Positions 55,372 to 64,000 of a DNA stretch of 64,000 nt are shown here, in pieces. Origin of the DNA: Candidatus Methylobacter oryzae (GTDB taxonomy: Bacteria > Pseudomonadota > Gammaproteobacteria > Methylococcales > Methylomonadaceae); assembly GCA_945861405.1 (NCBI GenBank), contig CAMAUL010000005.1:1629-65628 (forward strand). The letters run 5' to 3'. The translations under genes and the position numbers were made by a program. The notes below the pieces were generated by a model that saw only the letters and a program-made list of their open reading frames with translations, did not search any database and was not told the DNA's origin. Position 1 is the stretch's first letter. Every line of letters begins with the position of its first letter.

Positions 55372-56304
55372 TTATTTGAGCGTGTTCAATATTTGCTCCA
55401 GCGGAGCCAGCGAGATCAGCGCCCGGTAAAGAATGGTTTTGTCTTCCAGCAGGCCGTAACATTCGTAGTAATAGGGCGATTCTATGGCGTGACCTATGCC
55501 GTCTTTCTTCAATTCCGGGGGGATTTGCCGGATCAGTATATACAGCGCATCGCCGGATTTGAGTTGCGCAAGGTAGCTGCGGTCGATGCTGATTTTGTGC
55601 GACATATACACCAGCGGATTGCGCTCGAAATCATGCTTTTCGATGACCGCCTTTTCCAGCAAGGCGCTGGAGATCAGGCTACACGGGAATATTTCAGGGA
55701 ACACCGCCTTGTTTTTAAACGGGTCGAAAAAAGTATCCTGATCGACCAGCGACCCGCACAAAAAGTTTTTAGCATTGCTGGTGGTGATAAATTTTCGTTT
55801 CAGGAAATAACTGCTGCCTGCAATAAAAGACCGGTCTGGGTGCTGATTGAGGGCACCAAACAGCGGAACATCGGGATTGGTCAGAAACAACGCAAATTTG
55901 GATTCTTTTTTGTATCCAAACAACGCCAATGCGCCGTCTGATTTAACCGTAATCCGGTTGCTAAGCACCGTTTCAGGATCTTCAATCAGCAGCGATTTTT
56001 TTATATCGACCGATACCACCTGTCCGGGCTTGACCGCGTTAACAAATGAAAACTGGTAGTTGCTAAAACGCAGGTTTTTATCCCTGATCAGCTTGTTTTC
56101 TTTATGCAGCTTGCGATGTAGAAAAACCTTGTGCTCAAGCAACGATTCCACTTGGAAACCCAGCGCAATTGGGCCTTTGAACGGATTGCGATTGATGCGC
56201 TGCCACCTGTTTCGGTCATGAAACAAATTGAAATCGTCCGTTGCATTACGGGCAACATCAATGTGTATTTGATGAAAAACATCCGAACTGTCTGATTGTT
56301 GCAT
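55372..56304 (-). CDS. hypothetical protein, possibly a double hot-dog (MaoC-like) fold
   Basis: Start at the internal Met MQQSDSS; the ORF-track 5' extension lies in a REP element. DDFNLFHD resembles the hydratase D-x-N-x-x-H motif. Confidence 0.45.
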   Translation of the reverse strand: MQQSDSSDVFHQIHIDVARNATDDFNLFHDRNRWQRINRNPFKGPIALGFQVESLLEHKVFLHRKLHKENKLIRDKNLRFSNYQFSFVNAVKPGQVVSVDIKKSLLIEDPETVLSNRITVKSDGALALFGYKKESKFALFLTNPDVPLFGALNQHPDRSFIAGSSYFLKRKFITTSNAKNFLCGSLVDQDTFFDPFKNKAVFPEIFPCSLISSALLEKAVIEKHDFERNPLVYMSHKISIDRSYLAQLKSGDALYILIRQIPPELKKDGIGHAIESPYYYECYGLLEDKTILYRALISLAPLEQILNTLK

Positions 56305-56351
56305 TAGCGCCTCAGCGATAGAATCTTTGGTGTGTTTTAATAACCGGCTTG

Positions 56352-56512
56352 ATGGGAACACGGATGACACTGATTTAGACCGATTTAAACGGATTTTAAA
56401 AAACAAGGATCCAAATTCGTAATGCACTTTATAAAATATGGGTTCAGCCATATTTTATAAAGTGCTTTTTATCAGTGTTTATCAGTCAAATCCGTGTCAT
56501 CCGTGTTCTATT
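56352..56512. repeat. REP family A copy with a nested 18-bp perfect hairpin
   Basis: Arms ATGGGAACACGGATGACACTGAT and ATCCGTGTCATCCGTGTTCTATT. The inner stem GCACTTTATAAAATATGG (56424-56441) pairs with CCATATTTTATAAAGTGC (56448-56465). Confidence 0.8.
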
Positions 56513-56524
56513 TTAGTTATGTTA

Positions 56525-57409
<885 letters not shown>

Positions 57410-57503
57410 GATGATCGTCTGGGGTGGTTTTTAATGGGCGTTATTTTACAACGATTTAAGGATGGGAAATAACAAAACTGCGTTGCATCAGGGAAAACGA
57501 GCG

Positions 57504-58121
57504 TTACGACGGCGCTTGAGCCGATCCAATCATCAACTTGCCAAGTTGACGGTCGTGAATGCGACTTAACAGAATCAGCGCCAACATCGCGCCAACTAGC
57601 GCATAAGCCATGTCCGATTGGGTATCCCAAATATAGCCTTGAGTACCTAAAAACGCTTCGGCGGCTTCATGGCTTAAAATCGCAACCCACCATTCAATCA
57701 GCTCGTAAAAGGCGCTGATGGCTAGACAAATACAGAGGACGAAAAAATTCAGCCATTTGATGCTTGCGACGACATGGTTCCTGAGCAGGATTTCCCTGGC
57801 GATGATGGCGGGGATAAAGCCTTGGGCAAAATGGCCGAGTTTATCGTAATTATTGCGGTCAAAATGAAATGCGTCCTTGAACCAGTCGAACAGCGGGACT
57901 TCGGCGTAGGTGTAATGTCCGCCGACCATTAATATAAGGCTGTGGATCAGGATCAGGCTATAAGCCAGATCGGTTAAGCGGAATGTACGGCGCGTTGCGA
58001 TAAGCACAACAAAGGCGATCATTGAGGGCGCTGTTTCCAGCGCCCAGATCAGGTAATCTTTGGGATAGATGGCTGACCAAATCAGCGCCGAAAAAAATAT
58101 CCCCAACCATGTTTTATTCAT
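57504..58121 (-). CDS. DUF2238 (YjdF-like) inner membrane protein
   Basis: 205 aa, polytopic. 'DK..HF..GF' pattern. Confidence 0.6.
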   Translation of the reverse strand: MNKTWLGIFFSALIWSAIYPKDYLIWALETAPSMIAFVVLIATRRTFRLTDLAYSLILIHSLILMVGGHYTYAEVPLFDWFKDAFHFDRNNYDKLGHFAQGFIPAIIAREILLRNHVVASIKWLNFFVLCICLAISAFYELIEWWVAILSHEAAEAFLGTQGYIWDTQSDMAYALVGAMLALILLSRIHDRQLGKLMIGSAQAPS

Positions 58122-58152
58122 AACTTAGTCTTTACACATTGATCATTCAGGC

Positions 58153-58194
58153 TCTTGGCAACCGCTATGCCCCTGTTTGGTACACAGCTGGTAG
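58153..58194. repeat. duplicated 3' end of the 58821-59513 gene
   Basis: 42 nt identical to 58831-58872 except one base. On the minus strand it still reads YQLCTKQGHSGCQEPE*. Confidence 0.85.
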
Positions 58195-58273
58195 GATGGG
58201 TAGAGCACCGCGAAACCCATCGCTTTAGTCATTGATTATGATGGGTTTCGGCTATGGCCTCTACCCATCCTAC
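58191..58273. repeat. GTAGGATGGGTAGAG-type palindromic repeat
   Basis: GTAGGATGGGTAGAGCACCGCGAAACCCATC ... GATGGGTTTCGGCTATGGCCTCTACCCATCCTAC. Confidence 0.8.
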
Positions 58274-58343
58274 CAAACCGGGTAGGTTGAGTAACATATT
58301 TTCATTGCCCAATATTTTGACATCTGATGCATTCCGAGTAATT

Positions 58344-58790
58344 TTATTTTTTCGTTAACGCTTCTTGATACGAGCTTTCGCTAAATCCACGGATGGCGGC
58401 ACCATTAATGACTGCCAACGGAATTCCGCTATAACCCGGATCAAGCGTTTTTTTGCGTGCTGCGGCATCAGGATCTTTTTCAATATCGTAGGCATTAAAG
58501 GCAATATTATTCTTGCGTAGAAAGGCGATGGCTTTTTTACAATAAGGACACCAGCTGGTGACGTAAAGATCGACTTGTGCTGCTGCGGGTTGAGTCTGTT
58601 TATCGACTGGCGTCGGCTGCGGGGATTTTACTTCAAGCTCATTACGATTTTCTATGGTGGCGGGATTGGCGGGTTTTGACCCGGAGAAATGCGATTTGCC
58701 ATCGGCATCAGTCCATTTGTAGATTTCGGCCTGAGCGGGTAATGCGAATGTCAGTGCAACCAGTAGAAGTAGCGAAGAATTAATGGTCAT
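58344..58790 (-). CDS. secreted DUF4124 + glutaredoxin-fold protein
   Basis: Signal peptide, EIYKWTDADGKSHFS (DUF4124), then VTSWCPYCKKA (CPYC glutaredoxin motif). Confidence 0.75.
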   Translation of the reverse strand: MTINSSLLLLVALTFALPAQAEIYKWTDADGKSHFSGSKPANPATIENRNELEVKSPQPTPVDKQTQPAAAQVDLYVTSWCPYCKKAIAFLRKNNIAFNAYDIEKDPDAAARKKTLDPGYSGIPLAVINGAAIRGFSESSYQEALTKK

Positions 58791-58820
58791 GGTGTGAGTT
58801 CCTGCGTTTGGGTGACTGAG

Positions 58821-59513
58821 TTACTCGGGTTCTTGGCAACCGCTATGCCCCTGTTTGGTACAAAGCTGGTAGTTTAATTGACTTGCCCAATATTGGTAGG
58901 CTTGTTCGACATCATCCCAGCTGTCGAAAATCCCCATGATGGTTTTTCCGCCTGCCCGGCAGTCTGCCGAAGCCATCAGCAGTTTGCCGGTTTGCGAGTC
59001 GGTGATTTTTCCTTCGACACTGGCATGGCCGACGTAAGATTCGGTACCGAGTGCCATTAGTTTAAGCAGCGATACGGCGCGGGCGGTAGGGTAGAAGCCG
59101 GTATATAAATCCAGCAGCAGCGATGAAGATTCCGCATCGGTAATCGCAAATTGGACGCGTAGCGTATCGGGGCCGGAATGGGTGACCAGTGTGAAATTTT
59201 TCTTCAGGGCCTCACGCATTTTGTATTCGAAAAGCTCTTTAAATTTATGGTTCTCAGCGTGGGTGATGTCATTGAGTTCGGAGTCGGGAAGTTTGCTGAT
59301 AACGACGGGCTCTAAAATGATTTTTTTATAACCGGCCCAGTTAGTGCCGTCTTTCCAGAAGCTTAATAAGGCATCGCCGTCTTCGCCATCTTTAAGCAGG
59401 GTGTAATCATCCAGGAAGTGCGAGGTTTCGACATACCGGGCCTGATAGGTTCTGGCGCAACCGACGCTAAGCAGGACAAGGGCAATGACGGCAATGCGCT
59501 TAATGGTTGTCAT
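58821..59513 (-). CDS. DUF3313-like lipoprotein
   Basis: Start at MTTIKRIAVIALVLLSVGC (lipobox). The ORF-track 5' extension to 59879 lies in repeat DNA. Confidence 0.65.
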   Translation of the reverse strand: MTTIKRIAVIALVLLSVGCARTYQARYVETSHFLDDYTLLKDGEDGDALLSFWKDGTNWAGYKKIILEPVVISKLPDSELNDITHAENHKFKELFEYKMREALKKNFTLVTHSGPDTLRVQFAITDAESSSLLLDLYTGFYPTARAVSLLKLMALGTESYVGHASVEGKITDSQTGKLLMASADCRAGGKTIMGIFDSWDDVEQAYQYWASQLNYQLCTKQGHSGCQEPE

Positions 59514-59522
59514 GTATAGGCT

Positions 59523-59755
59523 GGTTCCCAAGCTGGAGCTCTCATCGTTATACACAAGTATCCCAGAGTCGTCATACCGGCATGGATGCCGGTATCCAGT
59601 GCCATGGACGGTAACTTTCGAATCTCTCCATTGTTTAGAGGCACCGGAATGCTCCGAACTTTCACATCCCTGTGTCTGGATTCCGGCATCCCTGCCAGAA
59701 TGACGGTATCTCGTAAGCATTTGTGTATAACGATGAGAGCTCCAGCTTGGGAACC
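59523..59755. repeat. MITE-like element with perfect 34-bp terminal inverted repeats
   Basis: GGTTCCCAAGCTGGAGCTCTCATCGTTATACACA (59523-59556) is the exact reverse complement of 59722-59755. Confidence 0.85.
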
Positions 59756-59974
59756 CAGTCTTGGAAGCTCCAGCTTCCTGTCTCGCGAAGCTGGAGCTTC
59801 GTCTCCGGGATTCCCAAGCTGGAGCTTGGGAACTAGCGACTTGATTAATGGGGGGTGATAGGGTCTGCGAGGTCGGCATGGGGCTTTAAATCCTGTTCAC
59901 TGCGGTGTGCGTGTTTGTGTTAATCGGGCTTTGCTCGTATATTATACGGTTGTTTAAATTGCCGGAACTATTTA

Positions 59975-62791
59975 ATGGATACGATTAGCATTCGTGGTGC
60001 CAGAACGCATAACCTGAAAAATATCGACCTTGACCTGCCCAGGGATCAACTGATTGTGATCACCGGGCTGTCCGGTTCGGGCAAGTCATCGCTGGCTTTC
60101 GACACCATCTATGCGGAAGGCCAACGCCGTTATGTAGAATCGCTTTCTACCTATGCCCGACAGTTTTTGTCGATCATGGAAAAGCCGGATGTCGATCATA
60201 TCGAAGGTTTGTCGCCAGCCATTTCCATCGAGCAAAAATCCACTTCGCACAACCCGCGTTCCACGGTCGGCACCATCACCGAAATCTACGATTATTTACG
60301 GCTGCTATATGCCCGAGCAGGGACGCCGCGCTGCCCTGAGCACCAAGCCTCGCTGGAAGCGCAAACCGTCAGCCAGATGGTCGACCATGTGCTGTCGCAG
60401 CCCCAGGATCAGCGTTGGATGCTGCTGGCTCCGGTGGTCAACGACCGCAAGGGCGAGCATATCCAGTTGCTCGACGACCTGCGCGCCCAAGGCTTTATCC
60501 GCGCCCGGATCGACGGCACGGTGTACGACTTGGACGAGCCGCCGACGCTGGATTTAAAAAAGAAACATACCATTGAAGTTATTGTAGACCGTTTTAAAAT
60601 TCGCGAGGACATCGCGTTAAGGCTGTCGGAATCCTTCGAGACCGCTTTGCGCATCGCCGACGGTATTGCTATCGCTGCCTGCGTTGACGATGCGACCGAA
60701 CTGATGTTTTCCGAGCGTTACGCCTGCCCACTTTGCGGCTACAGCCTGACGGAATTAGAACCGCGCATCTTCTCGTTCAATAACCCCAAAGGCGCATGCG
60801 GCAGTTGCGACGGGCTGGGTGTGCGCCAGCATTTCGATCCCGAGCTGATTATCCATAACCCCGACATCAGTTTGGCAGGCGGCGCGATTCGCGGCTGGGA
60901 TCGGCGCAATGCCTATTATTACCAAATCATCTGTTCGCTAGCCAAGCACTACAACTTCGACCCGGAAGCGCCGTTCTCGGAGCTGTCCAAGGAACATCAG
61001 GCCATTATTCTTTACGGCAGCGGTCATGACGTTATTGAATTCAAGTTCATGACCGGGAACGGTTCCGCCAAAAAGAAGCGCCATAGTTTTGAGGGCATCA
61101 TCGCCAATATGGATCGGCGTTACCACGAGACCGATTCGCAAATGGTGCGAGATGAATTGGCCAAATATTTGTCCAACAAGCCCTGTAGCGTTTGCGAGGG
61201 CGCAAGGCTTAATGTGTCGGCCAGAAACGTGTTCGTCGAAGATTTACCGATCCACCATCTGACCCGCTTCCCGATCCGCAAAGCACTGGAGTTCTTCTCG
61301 CAGCTTAACCTGACAGGCAAGCGCGGCGAAGTTGCGGCAAAAATCGTCAAGGAAATCCAGGAGCGGCTGGAGTTCCTGGTCAATGTCGGCCTCGATTATT
61401 TGACGCTGGATCGCAGCGCGGACACGCTGTCCGGCGGCGAAGCGCAGCGCATCCGCCTAGCCAGCCAGATCGGCGCAGGCTTGGTCGGCGTGATGTATGT
61501 GCTGGATGAGCCGTCGATAGGCCTGCATCAGCGCGACAACCAGCGTCTCTTAAACACCTTGTTCCGCCTGCGCGACCTGGGCAATACCGTGATCGTGGTC
61601 GAGCATGACGAAGATGCGATCCGCTCGGCGCAGCATATCGTCGATATAGGCCCCGGTGCCGGGGTGCATGGCGGGCAGATCGTTGCGCAAGGCACATTGG
61701 ACGACATCCTTAATAATAAGGATTCGTTAACCGGCCAGTATTTGTCGGGAAAAATCGGCATCACTATCCCAAAAAAATTAACGCCGGTCGATAAGGATAA
61801 ACAGATCGTCATACGCAATGCGCACGGCAACAACCTGAAAAATGTCGATATTGGGTTCCCTATCGGTCTGCTGACCTGCGTAACCGGCGTATCCGGTTCC
61901 GGCAAATCGACGCTGATCAACGATACTTTGTACTGCCACGCTGCGCGCTTAATCAACCGCGCCGGAGTCATTCCCGCGCCCTGCGATGCGATCGAAGGGC
62001 TGGAACATTTCGACAAAGTCGTCGATATAGACCAAAGTCCGATAGGCCGTACACCGCGTTCGAATCCGGCTACCTATACCGGCCTGTTCACGCCGATACG
62101 CGAATTGTTTTCGGCGACGCCGGAAGCGCGTTCGCGCGGTTATACGCCGGGCCGGTTCAGCTTCAACGTCAAAGGCGGCCGCTGCGAAGCCTGCAAAGGC
62201 GATGGCGTGATTAAAGTCGAAATGCATTTTCTGCCGGATATTTTCGTCCACTGCGATAACTGCGGCGGCAAACGTTATAACCGGGAGACGCTGGAAATAC
62301 GCTACAAAGGCAAGACCATCAACCAAGTGCTGGACATGACCGTCGAGGACGCCGCCGAATTTTTCAGTCCGGTGCCGACGCTGGCGCGTAAGTTACAGAC
62401 CCTGGTCGAAGTGGGCTTGAGCTACATCACTCTGGGGCAGAATGCGACGACTCTGTCCGGCGGCGAAGCGCAGCGGGTCAAACTCGCCAAAGAACTGTCC
62501 AAACGCGATACCGGCAAGACCTTGTACATCCTGGACGAGCCGACCACCGGTTTGCACTTCCACGACATCAAGCAATTGCTGAACGTGCTGCATACCCTGC
62601 GCGACCACGGCAACACCGTCATCGTGATCGAGCACAACCTGGATGTGATCAAAACCGCAGACTGGATTATCGACATGGGGCCGGAAGGCGGCGACGGGGG
62701 AGGAACGCTGGTTGCGGAAGGCACGCCGAAACAGGTTTCCGAAAATAAGGCCTCGCATACTGGGGAATATTTAAAACGATTTTTTGAGTAA
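59975..62791 (+). CDS. uvrA: excinuclease ABC subunit A
   Basis: 938 aa. Two ABC modules ([18 protein letters not shown]) and zinc-finger cysteines. Confidence 0.97.
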   Translation: MDTISIRGARTHNLKNIDLDLPRDQLIVITGLSGSGKSSLAFDTIYAEGQRRYVESLSTYARQFLSIMEKPDVDHIEGLSPAISIEQKSTSHNPRSTVGTITEIYDYLRLLYARAGTPRCPEHQASLEAQTVSQMVDHVLSQPQDQRWMLLAPVVNDRKGEHIQLLDDLRAQGFIRARIDGTVYDLDEPPTLDLKKKHTIEVIVDRFKIREDIALRLSESFETALRIADGIAIAACVDDATELMFSERYACPLCGYSLTELEPRIFSFNNPKGACGSCDGLGVRQHFDPELIIHNPDISLAGGAIRGWDRRNAYYYQIICSLAKHYNFDPEAPFSELSKEHQAIILYGSGHDVIEFKFMTGNGSAKKKRHSFEGIIANMDRRYHETDSQMVRDELAKYLSNKPCSVCEGARLNVSARNVFVEDLPIHHLTRFPIRKALEFFSQLNLTGKRGEVAAKIVKEIQERLEFLVNVGLDYLTLDRSADTLSGGEAQRIRLASQIGAGLVGVMYVLDEPSIGLHQRDNQRLLNTLFRLRDLGNTVIVVEHDEDAIRSAQHIVDIGPGAGVHGGQIVAQGTLDDILNNKDSLTGQYLSGKIGITIPKKLTPVDKDKQIVIRNAHGNNLKNVDIGFPIGLLTCVTGVSGSGKSTLINDTLYCHAARLINRAGVIPAPCDAIEGLEHFDKVVDIDQSPIGRTPRSNPATYTGLFTPIRELFSATPEARSRGYTPGRFSFNVKGGRCEACKGDGVIKVEMHFLPDIFVHCDNCGGKRYNRETLEIRYKGKTINQVLDMTVEDAAEFFSPVPTLARKLQTLVEVGLSYITLGQNATTLSGGEAQRVKLAKELSKRDTGKTLYILDEPTTGLHFHDIKQLLNVLHTLRDHGNTVIVIEHNLDVIKTADWIIDMGPEGGDGGGTLVAEGTPKQVSENKASHTGEYLKRFFE

Positions 62792-62814
62792 TACAATTTA
62801 GTAGGTTTTAAGTA

Positions 62815-63141
62815 ATGATCAACAGATTAAATTCATTCGTTTTCGAATACATTAGATTCATTGAAATGCTCGGTGTGCTGATGCGCATTTTCAGTTTCTC
62901 TCTGGTCAGCTGGCTGGGTCCGGAAAGTCCGTTTATGTTCGTCTGGGCTTTTAATACCACAGATGCGGTGATACTTTCCTGGTGTTCGATACTCAAGAAA
63001 GACAACGCCTATACCTTGCTGAACGTGTTCTGGATTATGGTCGGCGTTGTTGGAATGGTTAGAGCTAGTCAAATCTCAGTGATTGATTTTAAATCGGCTT
63101 GGTTGCATTTAATAACGCAGGTAATGGCGTTGTTCAGTTAA
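62815..63141 (+). CDS. hypothetical small membrane protein
   Basis: 108 aa with three hydrophobic segments. No family recognised. Confidence 0.4.
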   Translation: MINRLNSFVFEYIRFIEMLGVLMRIFSFSLVSWLGPESPFMFVWAFNTTDAVILSWCSILKKDNAYTLLNVFWIMVGVVGMVRASQISVIDFKSAWLHLITQVMALFS

Positions 63142-63231
63142 TCAGCATCGCACGCACAATTGAGCGAATACGCTAAACAAAGCTTGTTATAATGGACGCC
63201 ATTAAATTCATCAGAAAAACCACTGGGCGAG

Positions 63232-63306
63232 TTAGGGTGCGCATCGCGCACCTTGTATTGAACTCGGGGCGATGCTTGGAAAATGGTGCGCGATGCGCAC
63301 CCTACA
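63232..63306. repeat. GTAGGGTGCGCATCGCGCACC-type palindromic repeat
   Basis: TTAGGGTGCGCATCGCGCACC...GGTGCGCGATGCGCACCCTACA. Same family as the bioC insert. Confidence 0.85.
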
Positions 63307-63342
63307 TTTTTAATAATTCCGGTCCAAAAGGAGAAGCGGGTT

Positions 63343-64000
63343 TTGACGACAACGCAAGACATTACGAGTTCGATGACTTCATCGGAAAAACGCGCCACAT
63401 GGTCGTTGGCAGGCATTTACGCGTTGCGGATGCTGGGGCTGTTTATGATTTTGCCGGTGCTATCTTTATTTGCCGAACAGCTTGAAGGCTCAACGCCCGC
63501 GCTGATCGGTCTGGCGATGGGCATTTACGGCTTGCCCCAGGTGCTGTTGCAAATCCCTTTCGGCTTGTTATCGGATCGCTACGGCCGCAAAAAAATCATC
63601 ATTATCGGCTTAGTGCTGTTCTTGATCGGCAGCGTGATTGCGGCGCTGTCCACGACTATTTACGGGGTTTTGGTAGGCCGGGCTTTCCAGGGCGCAGGCG
63701 CGGTTTCGGCGGTTATCATGGCCTTGGTCGCCGACTTGACCCAGGAAGTTCATCGCACCAAAGCCATGGCGATTATCGGCATCAGCATAGGCGCGTCGTT
63801 TGGCGTCGGCATCATAGCCGGGCCTGTAATTTCCGGCTTCGGCGGTGTGCAGAGTGTTTTTGCGGTCACTGCGGTGCTGACCGCGTTGGCTATTTTGGCG
63901 ATTATTTTTATCGTTCCCGATCCGCAGCTTTCCAAGCTGCACAGGGATGCGGAAGTCGTTCCCGAGGAAATGATGCAGGTGTTGAAAAATGCGGATTTGT
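63343..64000 (+). CDS. MFS transporter (partial, runs off the window)
   Basis: TTG start 10 nt after AAGGAG (alternative ATG at 63373). MFS motif A GLLSDRYGRKK. Open to the window end, so it is absent from the ORF track. Confidence 0.75.
   Translation, partial: MTTTQDITSSMTSSEKRATWSLAGIYALRMLGLFMILPVLSLFAEQLEGSTPALIGLAMGIYGLPQVLLQIPFGLLSDRYGRKKIIIIGLVLFLIGSVIAALSTTIYGVLVGRAFQGAGAVSAVIMALVADLTQEVHRTKAMAIIGISIGASFGVGIIAGPVISGFGGVQSVFAVTAVLTALAILAIIFIVPDPQLSKLHRDAEVVPEEMMQVLKNADL

Noticed and set aside
55372-56451. Full 359-aa version of the ORF, starting at 56451.
   Set aside because: The first 49 codons lie in the REP copy and its nested hairpin (56352-56512). The start was moved to 56304.
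41-56512. The possibility that the recurring GGAACACGGATG elements form a CRISPR array.
   Set aside because: The copies are kilobases apart, each is an internal palindrome with inverted arms, there are no regularly spaced unique spacers, and no cas genes are present.
58821-59879. Full 352-aa version of the lipoprotein ORF.
   Set aside because: The first 122 codons are read through MITE/AGCTGGAGCTT repeat DNA. A lipobox signal peptide starts at the internal Met (59513).

Overview
The window looks like chromosomal DNA from a gammaproteobacterium. A Methylococcales-type methanotroph is possible, but that is only a guess from gene content and repeat style.

Core blocks:
- Na/Pi cotransporter and NhaD antiporter (0.2-4 kb).
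- A sigma54-controlled sulfide-detoxification module: FisR-like activator, persulfide dioxygenase-rhodanese fusion, type II SQR and a SulP permease (5-11 kb).
- A four-gene 'PQQ-catabolism-associated' set of binding protein, beta-propeller and ABC transporter, next to an IS5 remnant (11.2-15.6 kb).
- comF, then bioB and bioFHCD (32-37.6 kb).
- Bacteriohemerythrin followed by an aa3-type cytochrome oxidase and biogenesis cluster (39.7-48.6 kb). The cluster ends in one continuous ORF that fuses heme A synthase (CtaA/COX15) to the SRP receptor FtsY.
- ftsE-ftsX-rpoH, a run of minus-strand housekeeping genes (51.5-59.5 kb), uvrA, and a partial MFS gene.

Accessory DNA lies at about 18.3-32.1 kb, downstream of a tRNA-Gly/tRNA-Cys pair, and has two parts:
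1. An 8-kb satellite-like integrative element. It carries a frameshifted P4-type integrase, AlpA, a Toprim primase and a DUF927-like P-loop protein. The replication module is bracketed by mirror-image TTGGGGC iteron arrays.
2. A visibly AT-rich second islet. It carries an integrase stub, a DUF1353 gene, a tightly overlapping effector / small adaptor / SMC-like ABC ATPase trio, an IS256 stub that truncates a STAND-like ATPase, and a HigBA-like TA pair.

The effector/adaptor/ATPase trio (Lamassu/ABC-3C-like, DUF2326-type) is the best candidate for an uncharacterised conflict system.

The window also contains at least five families of palindromic REP/MITE-like repeats. Two copies sit in frame inside coding sequence (bioC, and the signal peptide of the beta-propeller protein).

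No rRNA genes or CRISPR arrays were seen. All functional calls rest on motif recognition by eye; no database search was run.
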